From Thermotogaceae bacterium (GTDB lineage: Bacteria > Thermotogota > Thermotogae > MWEM01): DNA of 63,281 nucleotides. The stretch lies in the NCBI GenBank assembly GCA_030445775.1, contig JASUTC010000003.1, positions 1 through 63,281 on the forward strand, read 5' to 3'. The notes below the pieces were generated by a model, which was given only the letters and a program-made list of their open reading frames with translations, ran no database searches and was not told the DNA's origin. Position numbers and translations under genes: made by a program. Below are positions 40,301 through 48,443 of this stretch, in pieces; the first letter of the stretch is position 1, and every line of letters starts with the position of its first letter.

Positions 40301-40531
40301 AAGTGGGACTTAATCGTTTCCGTATTAGAAGAAATTGGAATGATCGAAGAACAGGAAATTAAAAATAAAAATTATAATGACTTAGTTGAGAAATTAAACC
40401 ATTCTACCTACATGTTGGAATCAATTATTGATAAGATCGTTATTGATGATTATTTGAAATATTTCATTGGAAAGAGTGGTAGAAAGGTTTTAAACCTGAT
40501 TGATGATCCAATGTTGCCGTTTTTGAAATAG
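37382..40531 (+). CDS. recJ: Single-stranded DNA exonuclease RecJ with long C-terminal degenerate helicase-like extension
   Basis: GDYDVDG, TVDCG, TDHH, LGTVADIV, GSARS, GGHPMAAG (DHH/DHHA1) and OB fold, then about 470 extra aa. Confidence 0.93.
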   Translation: MKCEWIIQEPDKEEVQRLVQKYDIPELLATIFVNNKLEQRTSVTKYLNLEEEKFHDPFLLKGMEAFVETLMKIKKKNETIAIYGDYDVDGVTSTALVYSVLKELGWNVIYYIPTRLEEGYGLSKTAIMELFNRNIKNILTVDCGITSVEEVKYANFLQFRIIITDHHEVQDELPEACAVVNPKRTDDTYPFKGLAGVGVAFKCMDALVERLGRPIDIEKYLDLVALGTVADIVPMIGENRMIVQKGIKSLAETKHIGLRRLMKISGIDTDHLQTHDIGFKIAPKLNAVGRLGSAETALKLLLTEDETEARELSSFLMEQNSKRQYIENQIYTEAMNMIHKNPIIADSPVLVLAKKDWHPGVIGIVSSRLTAKFYKPTLMISIDENGVGRGSARSIDQVNIMELFSHVSSYFEEFGGHPMAAGFTIEKSNIERLREDLSFRFYKLYGSDSFTSKIYIDAQLDISEITDELLDKLELLRPYGQSNHEPVFLMKNLSVDKLKLMGSRNQHIRMILKQGKYFIDSIGFNLASKIDEFRYIRPNLLKCDLVGNIKTIWHYKTKHVQIFIKDIKYFIDPTFKNEETDRNFVFDLINNWESQNNTHKEQDVNQLTRELNHKLQTKYPAFLKVLDNKMGITGLFSSLKAQELMLFSKMIQAEQKKQRLLIVLPSNMFLSSRLKTIGRFDALSTQVLVNPAQKFQETTLFTTVPFLLKHFDQFKNIKQFVFLDLEYLLPEENKTKGLLKRLSDDISEMTDTNILVLSGILSDNEKNQMKAFFKFDKILIEHLKKHKKGLVDRRDHPEPIKYIQQLVQNSNFTAVFVNSVDKTVHLTRILGNILSDSFHNGEVVFYNSSLKPFQRSKIEELISVSKVKLFITTYEIGGSMQFPKESNICLLDPPMNPIDILTISNLVEKKGSTSIFHLLYNKSDTKEHIKKQFDFLPDKDDIISLIEIGCSNGLKALENLKANGFKKFSLNEKKWDLIVSVLEEIGMIEEQEIKNKNYNDLVEKLNHSTYMLESIIDKIVIDDYLKYFIGKSGRKVLNLIDDPMLPFLK

Positions 40532-40834
40532 ATGTGGAGGTGCATTTTTCAATTGCAAACTAAATTTATCGCTGCAGATGAATTGAATTCTTTAATGATT
40601 TTTGTCGATTACTCAGAAATGATGAAAGCCTTCGACTTAATTAAGAAAAAAGGTTATTTTGCAAAGATAATTAAGACACCCAAAGAATTTTTTTCCGCTT
40701 CCTCACTGTCAATCGCAGTAAAAAATACAGATTTGGAAGGAATTCAAAAACAGTTCGAGCGGGAATCGGTAAAACCAATAAAAAGCGTTGTTTTAAAAAG
40801 ATGTGCTTTAGATTATTTATTCCGGTCCTATTAA
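40532..40834 (+). CDS. DUF3343-like small protein
   Basis: AKIIKTPKEFFSASSLSIAV resembles the DUF3343 'LIP.PREIS.SCG.AL' motif; alternative TTG start at 40553 after GGAGGTG. Confidence 0.55.
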   Translation: MWRCIFQLQTKFIAADELNSLMIFVDYSEMMKAFDLIKKKGYFAKIIKTPKEFFSASSLSIAVKNTDLEGIQKQFERESVKPIKSVVLKRCALDYLFRSY

Positions 40835-40846
40835 AAAGTTAATATC

Positions 40847-41530
40847 GTGGAAGTCCTGGCCTTTGATTACGGTGATAAAAGAATAGGCTATGCCGTGGCG
40901 TCAAAAAAAATGAAAATGGCCTTTGCAAAAGGCTTTATTCAAAACGATCATTCGATAACAGATTCCATAAAATCATTAATCTCTCTTTATCAGCCTGATG
41001 AATTAGTTTTGGGATTACCTCTTAGGCAGAATTTATCTTTCACACCGGCAACGGATAAGGCACTACTTTTTGCAAGACAATTGTTTGATATAACAAACTT
41101 GAATGTTTATCTCGTCGATGAAAGATATTCAACTGTTTATTCACAGATAGCCCTCAGGTATGCTGGGCGAACAGTTAAGAATTCAAAAGCAATTATTGAT
41201 TCAGAAAGTGCAAAAAGTATTGCTGAAGTATATATACAATCACCGGCTTGGGTGTTTAAATTTAACTTGGATTGCCTGACGGAAAAGCTCATTAATTATT
41301 GTGTTCAGAGTACGGATACCGATGTTTTATGTTTTATGGGAGCAAAGGATATATTTGATATTCTCCGTAATTATGAGACAAATTTTACCGTTTACGAACT
41401 AAACCCATACATTTACTCATTGGAAAGAAATAAAGAAATCCCGGATAACGTTAAATTTTACGGATTCACTTTTTCAGTCCCTGAAAGTTGTACGTTTTGC
41501 AAACAAAGTGCTCATGGCTCAACTGGATAG
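40847..41530 (+). CDS. ruvX: YqgF/RuvX family nuclease (pre-16S rRNA maturation) with C-terminal extension
   Basis: LAFDYGDKRIGYA, VLGLP, VDERYST, IDSESA. Confidence 0.88.
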   Translation: MEVLAFDYGDKRIGYAVASKKMKMAFAKGFIQNDHSITDSIKSLISLYQPDELVLGLPLRQNLSFTPATDKALLFARQLFDITNLNVYLVDERYSTVYSQIALRYAGRTVKNSKAIIDSESAKSIAEVYIQSPAWVFKFNLDCLTEKLINYCVQSTDTDVLCFMGAKDIFDILRNYETNFTVYELNPYIYSLERNKEIPDNVKFYGFTFSVPESCTFCKQSAHGSTG

Positions 41531-41584
41531 AGTATTGGACTCCGGATCCAAAGGTTGCGGGTTCAAATCCCGCTGAGCACACCA
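41508..41584 (+). tRNA. tRNA-Arg (anticodon CCG)
   Basis: Acceptor stem GTGCTCA/TGAGCAC, D-arm GCTCAACTGGATAGAGT, anticodon stem TTGGA-CTCCGGA-TCCAA, T-arm GCGGG-TTCAAAT-CCCGC, encoded A-CCA end. Confidence 0.96.
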
Positions 41585-41614
41585 TTTATTTCCAACTGAA
41601 TGGAGGGAGTCAAA

Positions 41615-42274
41615 ATGGTTTTAGTATTAAGCGTTTTTGAGAGTGAATTAGAACCAATCACAGAAAACATGATAACTTTCGAAAAGAAAACTCTTTTTGA
41701 AAGAGAAATAAAAAGAGGCTTACTTGGAAGGAATGAAACTGTCACTTGTTCCGGTATTTTCGGTAAGGTTGAATCGGCCTTTATTACACAAAAACTGATA
41801 GATGAATACAAAATCAACAATATTTTTTTGACCTCAGGTGCAGGTGCATTGACAGATGAATTGGAAATTGGAGATGTAGTAATTGGTGAAGCTTATCATG
41901 AATACGACAAGCGCCTCAAGGAAAACGAGTCTAATCCAGCAATAAGAGGCGATTTGGAAACACTTTCAAGTATTAAATTTCAATTTTCAGGTTTAAAACG
42001 AGGGAAAATTATATCCGGCGATCAAATTGTTTCAGAAAAATCATTCAGGGATGAATTATACAATAGATACAGGGCGTTGGCGTTAGACATGGATTCCGCT
42101 GTAATGGCAACAGTCTCCAAGGCAAATAACTGTAAATTTCTTTCAATAAAAGTAATTTTAGACAAATCAAATGAGAAAACAAGCGAAGATTTCAATCAAC
42201 ATTTTTCTGATTATAACACCGTTCCGGCTGAAATATTATGTAAATACTTAAAAAATCATTTTGTTTCCGGCTAA
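41615..42274 (+). CDS. mtnN: 5'-methylthioadenosine/S-adenosylhomocysteine nucleosidase
   Basis: SGIFGKVESA, GAGAL...LEIGDVVI, G.IISGDQ, ALDMDSA, K.ILD; ATG at 41615 after GGAGGGAG. Confidence 0.8.
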   Translation: MVLVLSVFESELEPITENMITFEKKTLFEREIKRGLLGRNETVTCSGIFGKVESAFITQKLIDEYKINNIFLTSGAGALTDELEIGDVVIGEAYHEYDKRLKENESNPAIRGDLETLSSIKFQFSGLKRGKIISGDQIVSEKSFRDELYNRYRALALDMDSAVMATVSKANNCKFLSIKVILDKSNEKTSEDFNQHFSDYNTVPAEILCKYLKNHFVSG

Positions 42275-44001
42275 AAGGTTTCGTTTTCTTTTTCAAGAAT
42301 AAAATCAAAAACCTTTCTACCAATCGGTGCAGCATTTTGACCACCATAACCACCGTTTTCAATTAGAACAAATACGGTGTATTTTGGGCGCTCTAAGGGA
42401 TAAAATGCTGCAAAATAAGCATGGTAACGACCTTCAATACCGATTTCTGCCGTACCTGTTTTCCCTGCCAGTTTGTCTTTGTAAGATGCATCTTTAAAGG
42501 CCGGATAAGCAGTTCCACCTGGCTGTGACACAACCGCATTCATTGCCATTTTCAAATAGATCCAATGTGATTTAGGCAGATTTAGATAACGATTTGATAA
42601 TGAAAATGAATTAGCCGTAATATATGATTTTTGTTTGTTTCCCTCCAATGCTATCAATTCAAATAATTTTAGCATTTCAATAGGGGTGAGTCTGACATAA
42701 CCTTGTCCGATAGACGATAGAACAGTATCCCCCAGATACCAATTTTCACCTATTTCCTGCAACTTCCATGAGGTGGAAGGGTATATTCCTGTTTTCTCTT
42801 CGGGTAGATTAATCTGTGATTTCATGGTCAACCCGATGGTATCACTAATACTTTTTAAATAATCAATTCCCAACTCTAATCCTTTATTATAAAAATAGAC
42901 ATTACAAGATTCTTTAACAGCATCAAATAAAGTCACCGTTCCATGACCCGTTGATAGCCAATCATGGTATTTATACTCTGTCTTACCATCGTTGGAATAG
43001 AGCGAAAACTCACCATCACAATACAATCTTTGAGTCACAGCCTTATACACTGAAACGGTATTGTCTGATAATACAGACAAGGCCATAAAAGGCTTAATCA
43101 AACTCCCCGGATTATAGGTAGATGAAATGGCCCGGTTAAGAAAGATATTTCCTTCATCTTTTAACATTAATTGCCATTCTTCTTCAATGATGGGTTTTGT
43201 CATCCTGGAACTTTCATAAAAAGGTTTGGATACCATAGATAATATTTCGCCTGAATCAGGAGAAGAAACAATCACTACCGAAGGATTTTCAATCTCAGCC
43301 AACAGTTCTTCAATATACTGCTGTAATTGTAGATCAACTGACAGGTAAATATCTTGACCTTTTTGAGGTTTTCGAACTGTTTGTTTCTTTAATTGACGAG
43401 TTCTCGAATCAACTTCCACCTGAGTAACACCATTTATACCCTTTAAATAGTCGTTAAAGGTTTTTTCAACCCCTGCAACTCCTACTAAGCCACGATTAAC
43501 ATACCCGATAATGTGAGAAAGAGAACCGTTAAACGGGTAAATTCTCTCAAAATCATACTTCAATGAAATATTGGGATTACTGACTGAAATATCGGGTCTT
43601 ATAAGGATATCTTCATTATGATTAATGGCGTCAGTAATATTTAATTCTGAAATACCCGTTAGTTTTGAGATGTCTTTTACCAAATCTTCTCTCGCCGAAC
43701 CATAAATACCTTTAATGCTCTCCGATAAATCAATATATCGATTGACTTTAGTATATGCTAATAATGTCCCATTACGATCATAAATATTCCCTCGGTAAGC
43801 CGGAATCACTTCTCTCTTTAGCCTGATTGAATCAAAATATTGCGAAAACTCATCAGATTGTTTAATCTGCAAATCATAAGTTCGGTAAACAAAAGCCAAA
43901 AAAACAAAAAGAAGGATAATCCAGAGTAAGATTATCCTTCCGTTACCATGATTCTTTGTTGTTTCCTGAACTTTTATATTTCTAACACTACTTTTCCACA
44001 T
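42271..44001 (-). CDS. mrdA: Class B penicillin-binding protein (PBP2-like transpeptidase)
   Basis: TM anchor, RGNIYDRNG, R.YP, G..GVE, GSLIK (SxxK), SCN (SxN), KTGTA. Confidence 0.85.
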   Translation of the reverse strand: MWKSSVRNIKVQETTKNHGNGRIILLWIILLFVFLAFVYRTYDLQIKQSDEFSQYFDSIRLKREVIPAYRGNIYDRNGTLLAYTKVNRYIDLSESIKGIYGSAREDLVKDISKLTGISELNITDAINHNEDILIRPDISVSNPNISLKYDFERIYPFNGSLSHIIGYVNRGLVGVAGVEKTFNDYLKGINGVTQVEVDSRTRQLKKQTVRKPQKGQDIYLSVDLQLQQYIEELLAEIENPSVVIVSSPDSGEILSMVSKPFYESSRMTKPIIEEEWQLMLKDEGNIFLNRAISSTYNPGSLIKPFMALSVLSDNTVSVYKAVTQRLYCDGEFSLYSNDGKTEYKYHDWLSTGHGTVTLFDAVKESCNVYFYNKGLELGIDYLKSISDTIGLTMKSQINLPEEKTGIYPSTSWKLQEIGENWYLGDTVLSSIGQGYVRLTPIEMLKLFELIALEGNKQKSYITANSFSLSNRYLNLPKSHWIYLKMAMNAVVSQPGGTAYPAFKDASYKDKLAGKTGTAEIGIEGRYHAYFAAFYPLERPKYTVFVLIENGGYGGQNAAPIGRKVFDFILEKENETF

Positions 44002-45020
44002 TTTCCCTCTTCCATTTTATCAAAGCCTTCTTGCCAATTCTCAAAAGGAATAACATCCGTTATGATCTTATCCAGATCTATCTTTTTTGTATTCAATAAA
44101 CTCGACAATTTATACCAAGTTTCAAACATCTTTCTCCCTGTTATACCATACATGGTGATATTTTTAAAGACTCCGGCATTAATATCAAGGCTGACATTTT
44201 TATCGAACAAACCAAGAATCGATATATGGCCTCCCGGAATCACAGATTTCATACCCAAATTAAAGGCACTCTCATTTCCTGACATTTCCAACACCGCGTC
44301 TACTCCTTCATGTTGGGTTATGTCCATGATTTTCGAATAGGCATCCTCTACAGCTGGATTTACTAAATAGTCAGCCCCGTTCTTTTTTGCCAGATCAAGA
44401 CGGAAATCCTTTACTTCACTTACAATAATCGGTCCTGCTCCAAGGGCTTTTGCAACTTGTACAGCCATAACGCCAATAGGACCGGCTCCAGTAATTAGGA
44501 CACTTTTTCCTGAGACATCACCGCTTGTAACTGTGTAAACAGCGTTGCCAAGGGGTTCTTGAACTGAAGCCATGTGTTGAGGAAGTGAAGGATCGTTCTT
44601 CCACAAGACAACTTCCGGTACTCTGGCATATTCGGCAAATATACCATCTCTGTCTACACCAAGGATTTCCATATTCAAACAGATGTGCATATTGCCGGTT
44701 CGACACATCTTACATCTGGTACAGGGAATATGTGTTTCTGCGGAAACAAAGTCTCCCACTTCAACCAGCTTCACATTTTTCCCTACTTTGATAACTTCAC
44801 CTGAAAATTCATGTCCACCAATTTGAGGGGTTTTAATCCGATTCTGTGCCCATTCATTCCACTGGTAAATGTGGAGGTCCGTTCCGCAGATGGAAGCGTA
44901 TTTAACCTTTATCAGAACTTCGTCTTCTCTTAGTTCTTCGGGTATGTCCACTTCCTTCAGCTTGAATCCTCTTTGAGGTTTTTCTTTGACCAACGCCTTC
45001 ATTTTTCCCACTGTTACCAT
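43974..45020 (-). CDS. tdh: L-threonine 3-dehydrogenase
   Basis: ICGTDLHIYQW..WA, GHEF, SAETHIPC..C..C.....HIC, EPLGNAV, GAGPIG, GITGRKMFETW. The true start may be GTG at 45011. Confidence 0.92.
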   Translation of the reverse strand: MVTVGKMKALVKEKPQRGFKLKEVDIPEELREDEVLIKVKYASICGTDLHIYQWNEWAQNRIKTPQIGGHEFSGEVIKVGKNVKLVEVGDFVSAETHIPCTRCKMCRTGNMHICLNMEILGVDRDGIFAEYARVPEVVLWKNDPSLPQHMASVQEPLGNAVYTVTSGDVSGKSVLITGAGPIGVMAVQVAKALGAGPIIVSEVKDFRLDLAKKNGADYLVNPAVEDAYSKIMDITQHEGVDAVLEMSGNESAFNLGMKSVIPGGHISILGLFDKNVSLDINAGVFKNITMYGITGRKMFETWYKLSSLLNTKKIDLDKIITDVIPFENWQEGFDKMEEGKCGKVVLEI

Positions 45021-46731
45021 CCTCCCGTAATTTTAATAAAGCTCTTTTTTTAAATGCATTTCTATCTTTATCTTTTTTTTCCACTTTTATTCTTTTTCCT
45101 GTAAATGGATCATACCCACTGTAAAAAATCGTAGTCGATACCGTTGAAGGTGTAGGGGTGAAAATTTGGATCGGTTGTTCTCTTTCCTTAAAATAACGGC
45201 GAATGTTTTCAGCCAGTTCAATATTTTCATCTAATCCCTCTCCAGGATGTCCTACCATCAAATAAGCAATGATAAACTGCTTGATACTTTTTTGCTTACA
45301 TAATTGATAAAAGTCGTTATAGAGTTTTTCAAAAGTCGATTTATTGTTTTTTCCCATCACGTTAAGAACGTTTGTTGAAAAATGCTCCGGAGCTAACTTT
45401 AAATACCCGCTAGTGTATTTCAATGTTAGCTGTTTAAGAAATTCACTCCCGTTTTTATGATCTGAGTAAATTAAATCAGGTCTTATTCCGGATGAAATAA
45501 AGACATGTTTAACACCATCAATTTGAGATACAGCTTCCAATAATTCTAAATAATTACCATGATTCGCATTTAAAGCATCACAAACTTCCGGAAATAAACA
45601 TCTTTTATGTTCACAAGGTCCCATCCTTAATTTTCGTTGACACTCAAAACCATACATATTGGCCGTTGGTCCTCCAAGATCGGTTATTGTTCCATTAAAG
45701 GAATCTCTTTGCGTTAATAAAGTGACTTCGTCAACAATAGAAGAAATGGATCTTGACTGGACTGTCCTCCCCTGATGAATAGCAATGGCACAAAAATTAC
45801 ATTCGCCGTAACATCCTCTATGAGTAACTACGGTTGCTCTCACTGCTTCCAAGGCAGATAAGGTTGTACTGTGTCTGAGATTTGGATGAATCTCTTTGTT
45901 ATAGGGTAAAGAATAAACATGATCCATCTCAGATTGTTTTAATGGCCTTGATGGCGGGTTTTGAACAACATATTTATTACCATCAGGTTGATAGATGCCA
46001 TTGCGGTTTGCAGTCGTATTTGTGGAGTAAAACAATCGGTAAGCATGATTATACGCTTTGATATCGCTTGCAATTTCATCAAAAGAATCCATTTTTATAT
46101 ATACTTCAGGAATTTGAGAAGTATTCGTTGTGTAAAAGGCAGTCCCATCAAGGTACTTAATATTGTTAAATGGAACTCCTCTTTTTAGAAGAGAAACAAG
46201 TGATTTTAAAGTCAATTCAGACATACCAAAAATCAACAAATCCGCTTTAGAGTCCAATAAAATAGAATGTCGAACTTTGTTTTGCCACCAATCATAATGA
46301 CCAAATCTTCTTAGACTGGCCTCTAAACCTCCAATTACAATAGGGGTTTCTTTAAATTGAGCTTTTACCCAATTTGAATAGACAATGACCGCGCGATTAG
46401 GTCGCTTCCGTGCCTCATATGCGTATGCATCCGATTTTCTAAGTTTACCCGAAGCGGTGTAATTGGATACCATTGAATCTAAGTTTCCCGAAGTAATTCC
46501 AAAGAAGTATTTTGGTGAAGGATAAAGAGAAATATCTTTTTCAGATTCCGGTTGTGATAAAACCAACACCTTCAATCCTAAATCTTCCAACACTCTAGCC
46601 ACAATGGCAACGCCAAAGGAAGGATGATCCACATAGATATCACCGGTTATTAACGTTACATCGGGTTGAGACCATCCCGTTTGATGAAAAGAATCAAGAT
46701 CAACCGGAATCGTCCATTCACTTTTTGTCAT
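44902..46731 (-). CDS. YgiQ family radical SAM protein
   Basis: GD.YVDHPSFG, GNLDSMV..YT, GGLEASLRR..HYD.W, RGCYGECNFC, DLGGPTANMY, APEH, VGHPG, FTPTP. Confidence 0.93.
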   Translation of the reverse strand: MTKSEWTIPVDLDSFHQTGWSQPDVTLITGDIYVDHPSFGVAIVARVLEDLGLKVLVLSQPESEKDISLYPSPKYFFGITSGNLDSMVSNYTASGKLRKSDAYAYEARKRPNRAVIVYSNWVKAQFKETPIVIGGLEASLRRFGHYDWWQNKVRHSILLDSKADLLIFGMSELTLKSLVSLLKRGVPFNNIKYLDGTAFYTTNTSQIPEVYIKMDSFDEIASDIKAYNHAYRLFYSTNTTANRNGIYQPDGNKYVVQNPPSRPLKQSEMDHVYSLPYNKEIHPNLRHSTTLSALEAVRATVVTHRGCYGECNFCAIAIHQGRTVQSRSISSIVDEVTLLTQRDSFNGTITDLGGPTANMYGFECQRKLRMGPCEHKRCLFPEVCDALNANHGNYLELLEAVSQIDGVKHVFISSGIRPDLIYSDHKNGSEFLKQLTLKYTSGYLKLAPEHFSTNVLNVMGKNNKSTFEKLYNDFYQLCKQKSIKQFIIAYLMVGHPGEGLDENIELAENIRRYFKEREQPIQIFTPTPSTVSTTIFYSGYDPFTGKRIKVEKKDKDRNAFKKRALLKLREDGNSGKNEGVGQRKTSKRIQAEGSGHTRRTKRRRSSDKG

Positions 46732-47371
46732 TACCAACCTCTGACGGAGTGTAATACTCTTTTTCCTTTTCCAATATCTTTTTTAATTTTTTTCTGCATC
46801 TAAGAAGTTTTGTTCCAACGGTTCCAATAGGAATACCCATCTTTTCGGAAATTTCCTTATACTTCATTCCTTCAGCAGATAACAAGAGCATCTCACGACA
46901 ATCTTCAGGTAACCTTTGCAAAATCTTCTTATATTCTTCTATCTTAATCTCTTCAATGGCCAGATCAAGCGGATTATCAGATTTTTCATTCTCTGTAATT
47001 TCAAGGAAAGAATTATCTCCTTCACTGCCCATCTCTGCATCTAATGCAACAGTGTTGGAATCAGCTCTTTTTTTGGCATTTCTTTGTCGATGCATATCAA
47101 TTGAGATGTGTGCTGCCGTCGTTGCTAAAAAGGCCTTTAGATTTTTAACACGGCTTAAATCCTCAAAAGCCATTCTTAAAAAGGTTTCCTGTACAATATC
47201 ATCCGCTGAATCCCTAAAATCAGGGTATTTATAGCCGACAACTGCTTTCAGGTATCTTCCGTATCGATTGTAAATTTCTTCCCAAAAGCGTTTTTCTCCT
47301 ATTTTATCTCTTTTTTTTATCAATTCTTTATCATCAAGATTGTGTATTCTCTTGCCTATCGTTATGGGCAT
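46718..47371 (-). CDS. ECF RNA polymerase sigma factor
   Basis: Region 2 (ADDIVQETFL...FLATTA.H..ID..R) and region 4 (LP...R.ML.L...GMKYKEISEKMGIPIGTV.T.L.R.RKKL); ATG at 47371. Confidence 0.9.
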   Translation of the reverse strand: MPITIGKRIHNLDDKELIKKRDKIGEKRFWEEIYNRYGRYLKAVVGYKYPDFRDSADDIVQETFLRMAFEDLSRVKNLKAFLATTAAHISIDMHRQRNAKKRADSNTVALDAEMGSEGDNSFLEITENEKSDNPLDLAIEEIKIEEYKKILQRLPEDCREMLLLSAEGMKYKEISEKMGIPIGTVGTKLLRCRKKLKKILEKEKEYYTPSEVGNDKK

Positions 47372-47415
47372 ATCCACACCCTTTTCGCATAAATTTATAC
47401 TTTTCTTACACTTAT

Positions 47416-47424
47416 ATTGTACCA
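47416..47424 (-). promoter_or_regulatory. Extended -10 (TGGTACAAT) for the ECF-ygiQ-tdh-mrdA unit
   Basis: TGn-TACAAT about 45 nt upstream of the ECF start. Confidence 0.5.
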
Positions 47425-47546
47425 TATAATGTAAGTTAGCATTGGCTGTTATAATATGACTAATTATTCTTCGAAAAGTTTTTTTGAAAGGGTTTTATGA
47501 TTTGCAAAATACTCCTAACTTATGAAACTGTCGCATGAGGTTTGTG

Positions 47547-48443
47547 TTATTCAAAATATTCTATTTCAGTTTCCAAAAAAATGCCGGTTTTTTTTAATAT
47601 TAGCTTTTGAAGGTGACTGACGAGTTTCTTAACATCAATGGCTGTTGCATCTTTTTTGTTGATGATAAAACCTGAATGCTTTGTTGAAACACATGCCCCG
47701 CCTATAGTGCAGCCTTTTAATCCAAGCAATTCAATTTCCAATGCGGGGTGAAAGACTTGAGAGGGTTTTTTAAAAACACTCCCTGCAGAGGGGTAATTGA
47801 GGGGTTGTTTTTGAGAACGCTTGACTTCATAACGCTTCATTTCGTTTATTATTTGCTGCTTATTGCGCTTTTTTAAATTCAATTTAATCTCAAGTATTAT
47901 CTGTTTATTATCCATAAAACAACTTTTTCGATAATCAAATTCACATTCTTCTTTGTTGTAAGTGATGATTTTATTGTATTTCCGATGAAAAACCGTTACT
48001 TCTTTAAGATAATCCGAAATAGTATAACCATAAGCGCCGGCATTCATATAAACAGCCCCGCCAACTGTTCCCGGGATTCCGGAAAGCCCTTCTAATCCTG
48101 TTAAATCATTTTCAGAACAAAAATAGCATAGTTCTCTGAGCGAATAACCTGCATCAACTGTTATCTCATTGTTTGAACGTGAGACGTTTTTCACAGATAA
48201 CGTACTGATGACTGCTTCTGTTTTCATTTCATCGGCAAACAGAATATTTGAGGCTCTTCCAATAAGGTGGAACTGGATATGATGTTCGTCAAGTAAGTGA
48301 ATTATATTGATTAACTCCAATTGGCTTTTGGGCTGGAAAAAATATTTGATGACGCCGCCTATCTTAAAAGTGCTAATTTCTTTCAACAAAACATTTTTTG
48401 AGTAGTTAAATTTAGAAAGGTCCAGTGCAGTAATATCCATCAT
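47547..48443 (-). CDS. murB: UDP-N-acetylmuramate dehydrogenase
   Basis: STFKIGG, G.ASNIL, GIPGTVGGAVYMNAGAYG, F.YR.S, QPL.YPSAGSVFK, HSGFI, LETE. Confidence 0.95.
   Translation of the reverse strand: MMDITALDLSKFNYSKNVLLKEISTFKIGGVIKYFFQPKSQLELINIIHLLDEHHIQFHLIGRASNILFADEMKTEAVISTLSVKNVSRSNNEITVDAGYSLRELCYFCSENDLTGLEGLSGIPGTVGGAVYMNAGAYGYTISDYLKEVTVFHRKYNKIITYNKEECEFDYRKSCFMDNKQIILEIKLNLKKRNKQQIINEMKRYEVKRSQKQPLNYPSAGSVFKKPSQVFHPALEIELLGLKGCTIGGACVSTKHSGFIINKKDATAIDVKKLVSHLQKLILKKTGIFLETEIEYFE

Noticed and set aside
41508-41584. tRNA-Arg as a possible integration site (attB)
   Set aside because: No duplicated tRNA 3' end, integrase or foreign cargo seen; flanks are housekeeping genes.
47461-47546. 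Weak inverted repeats between murB and the ECF gene
   Set aside because: AT-rich, mismatched stems; not convincing terminators.
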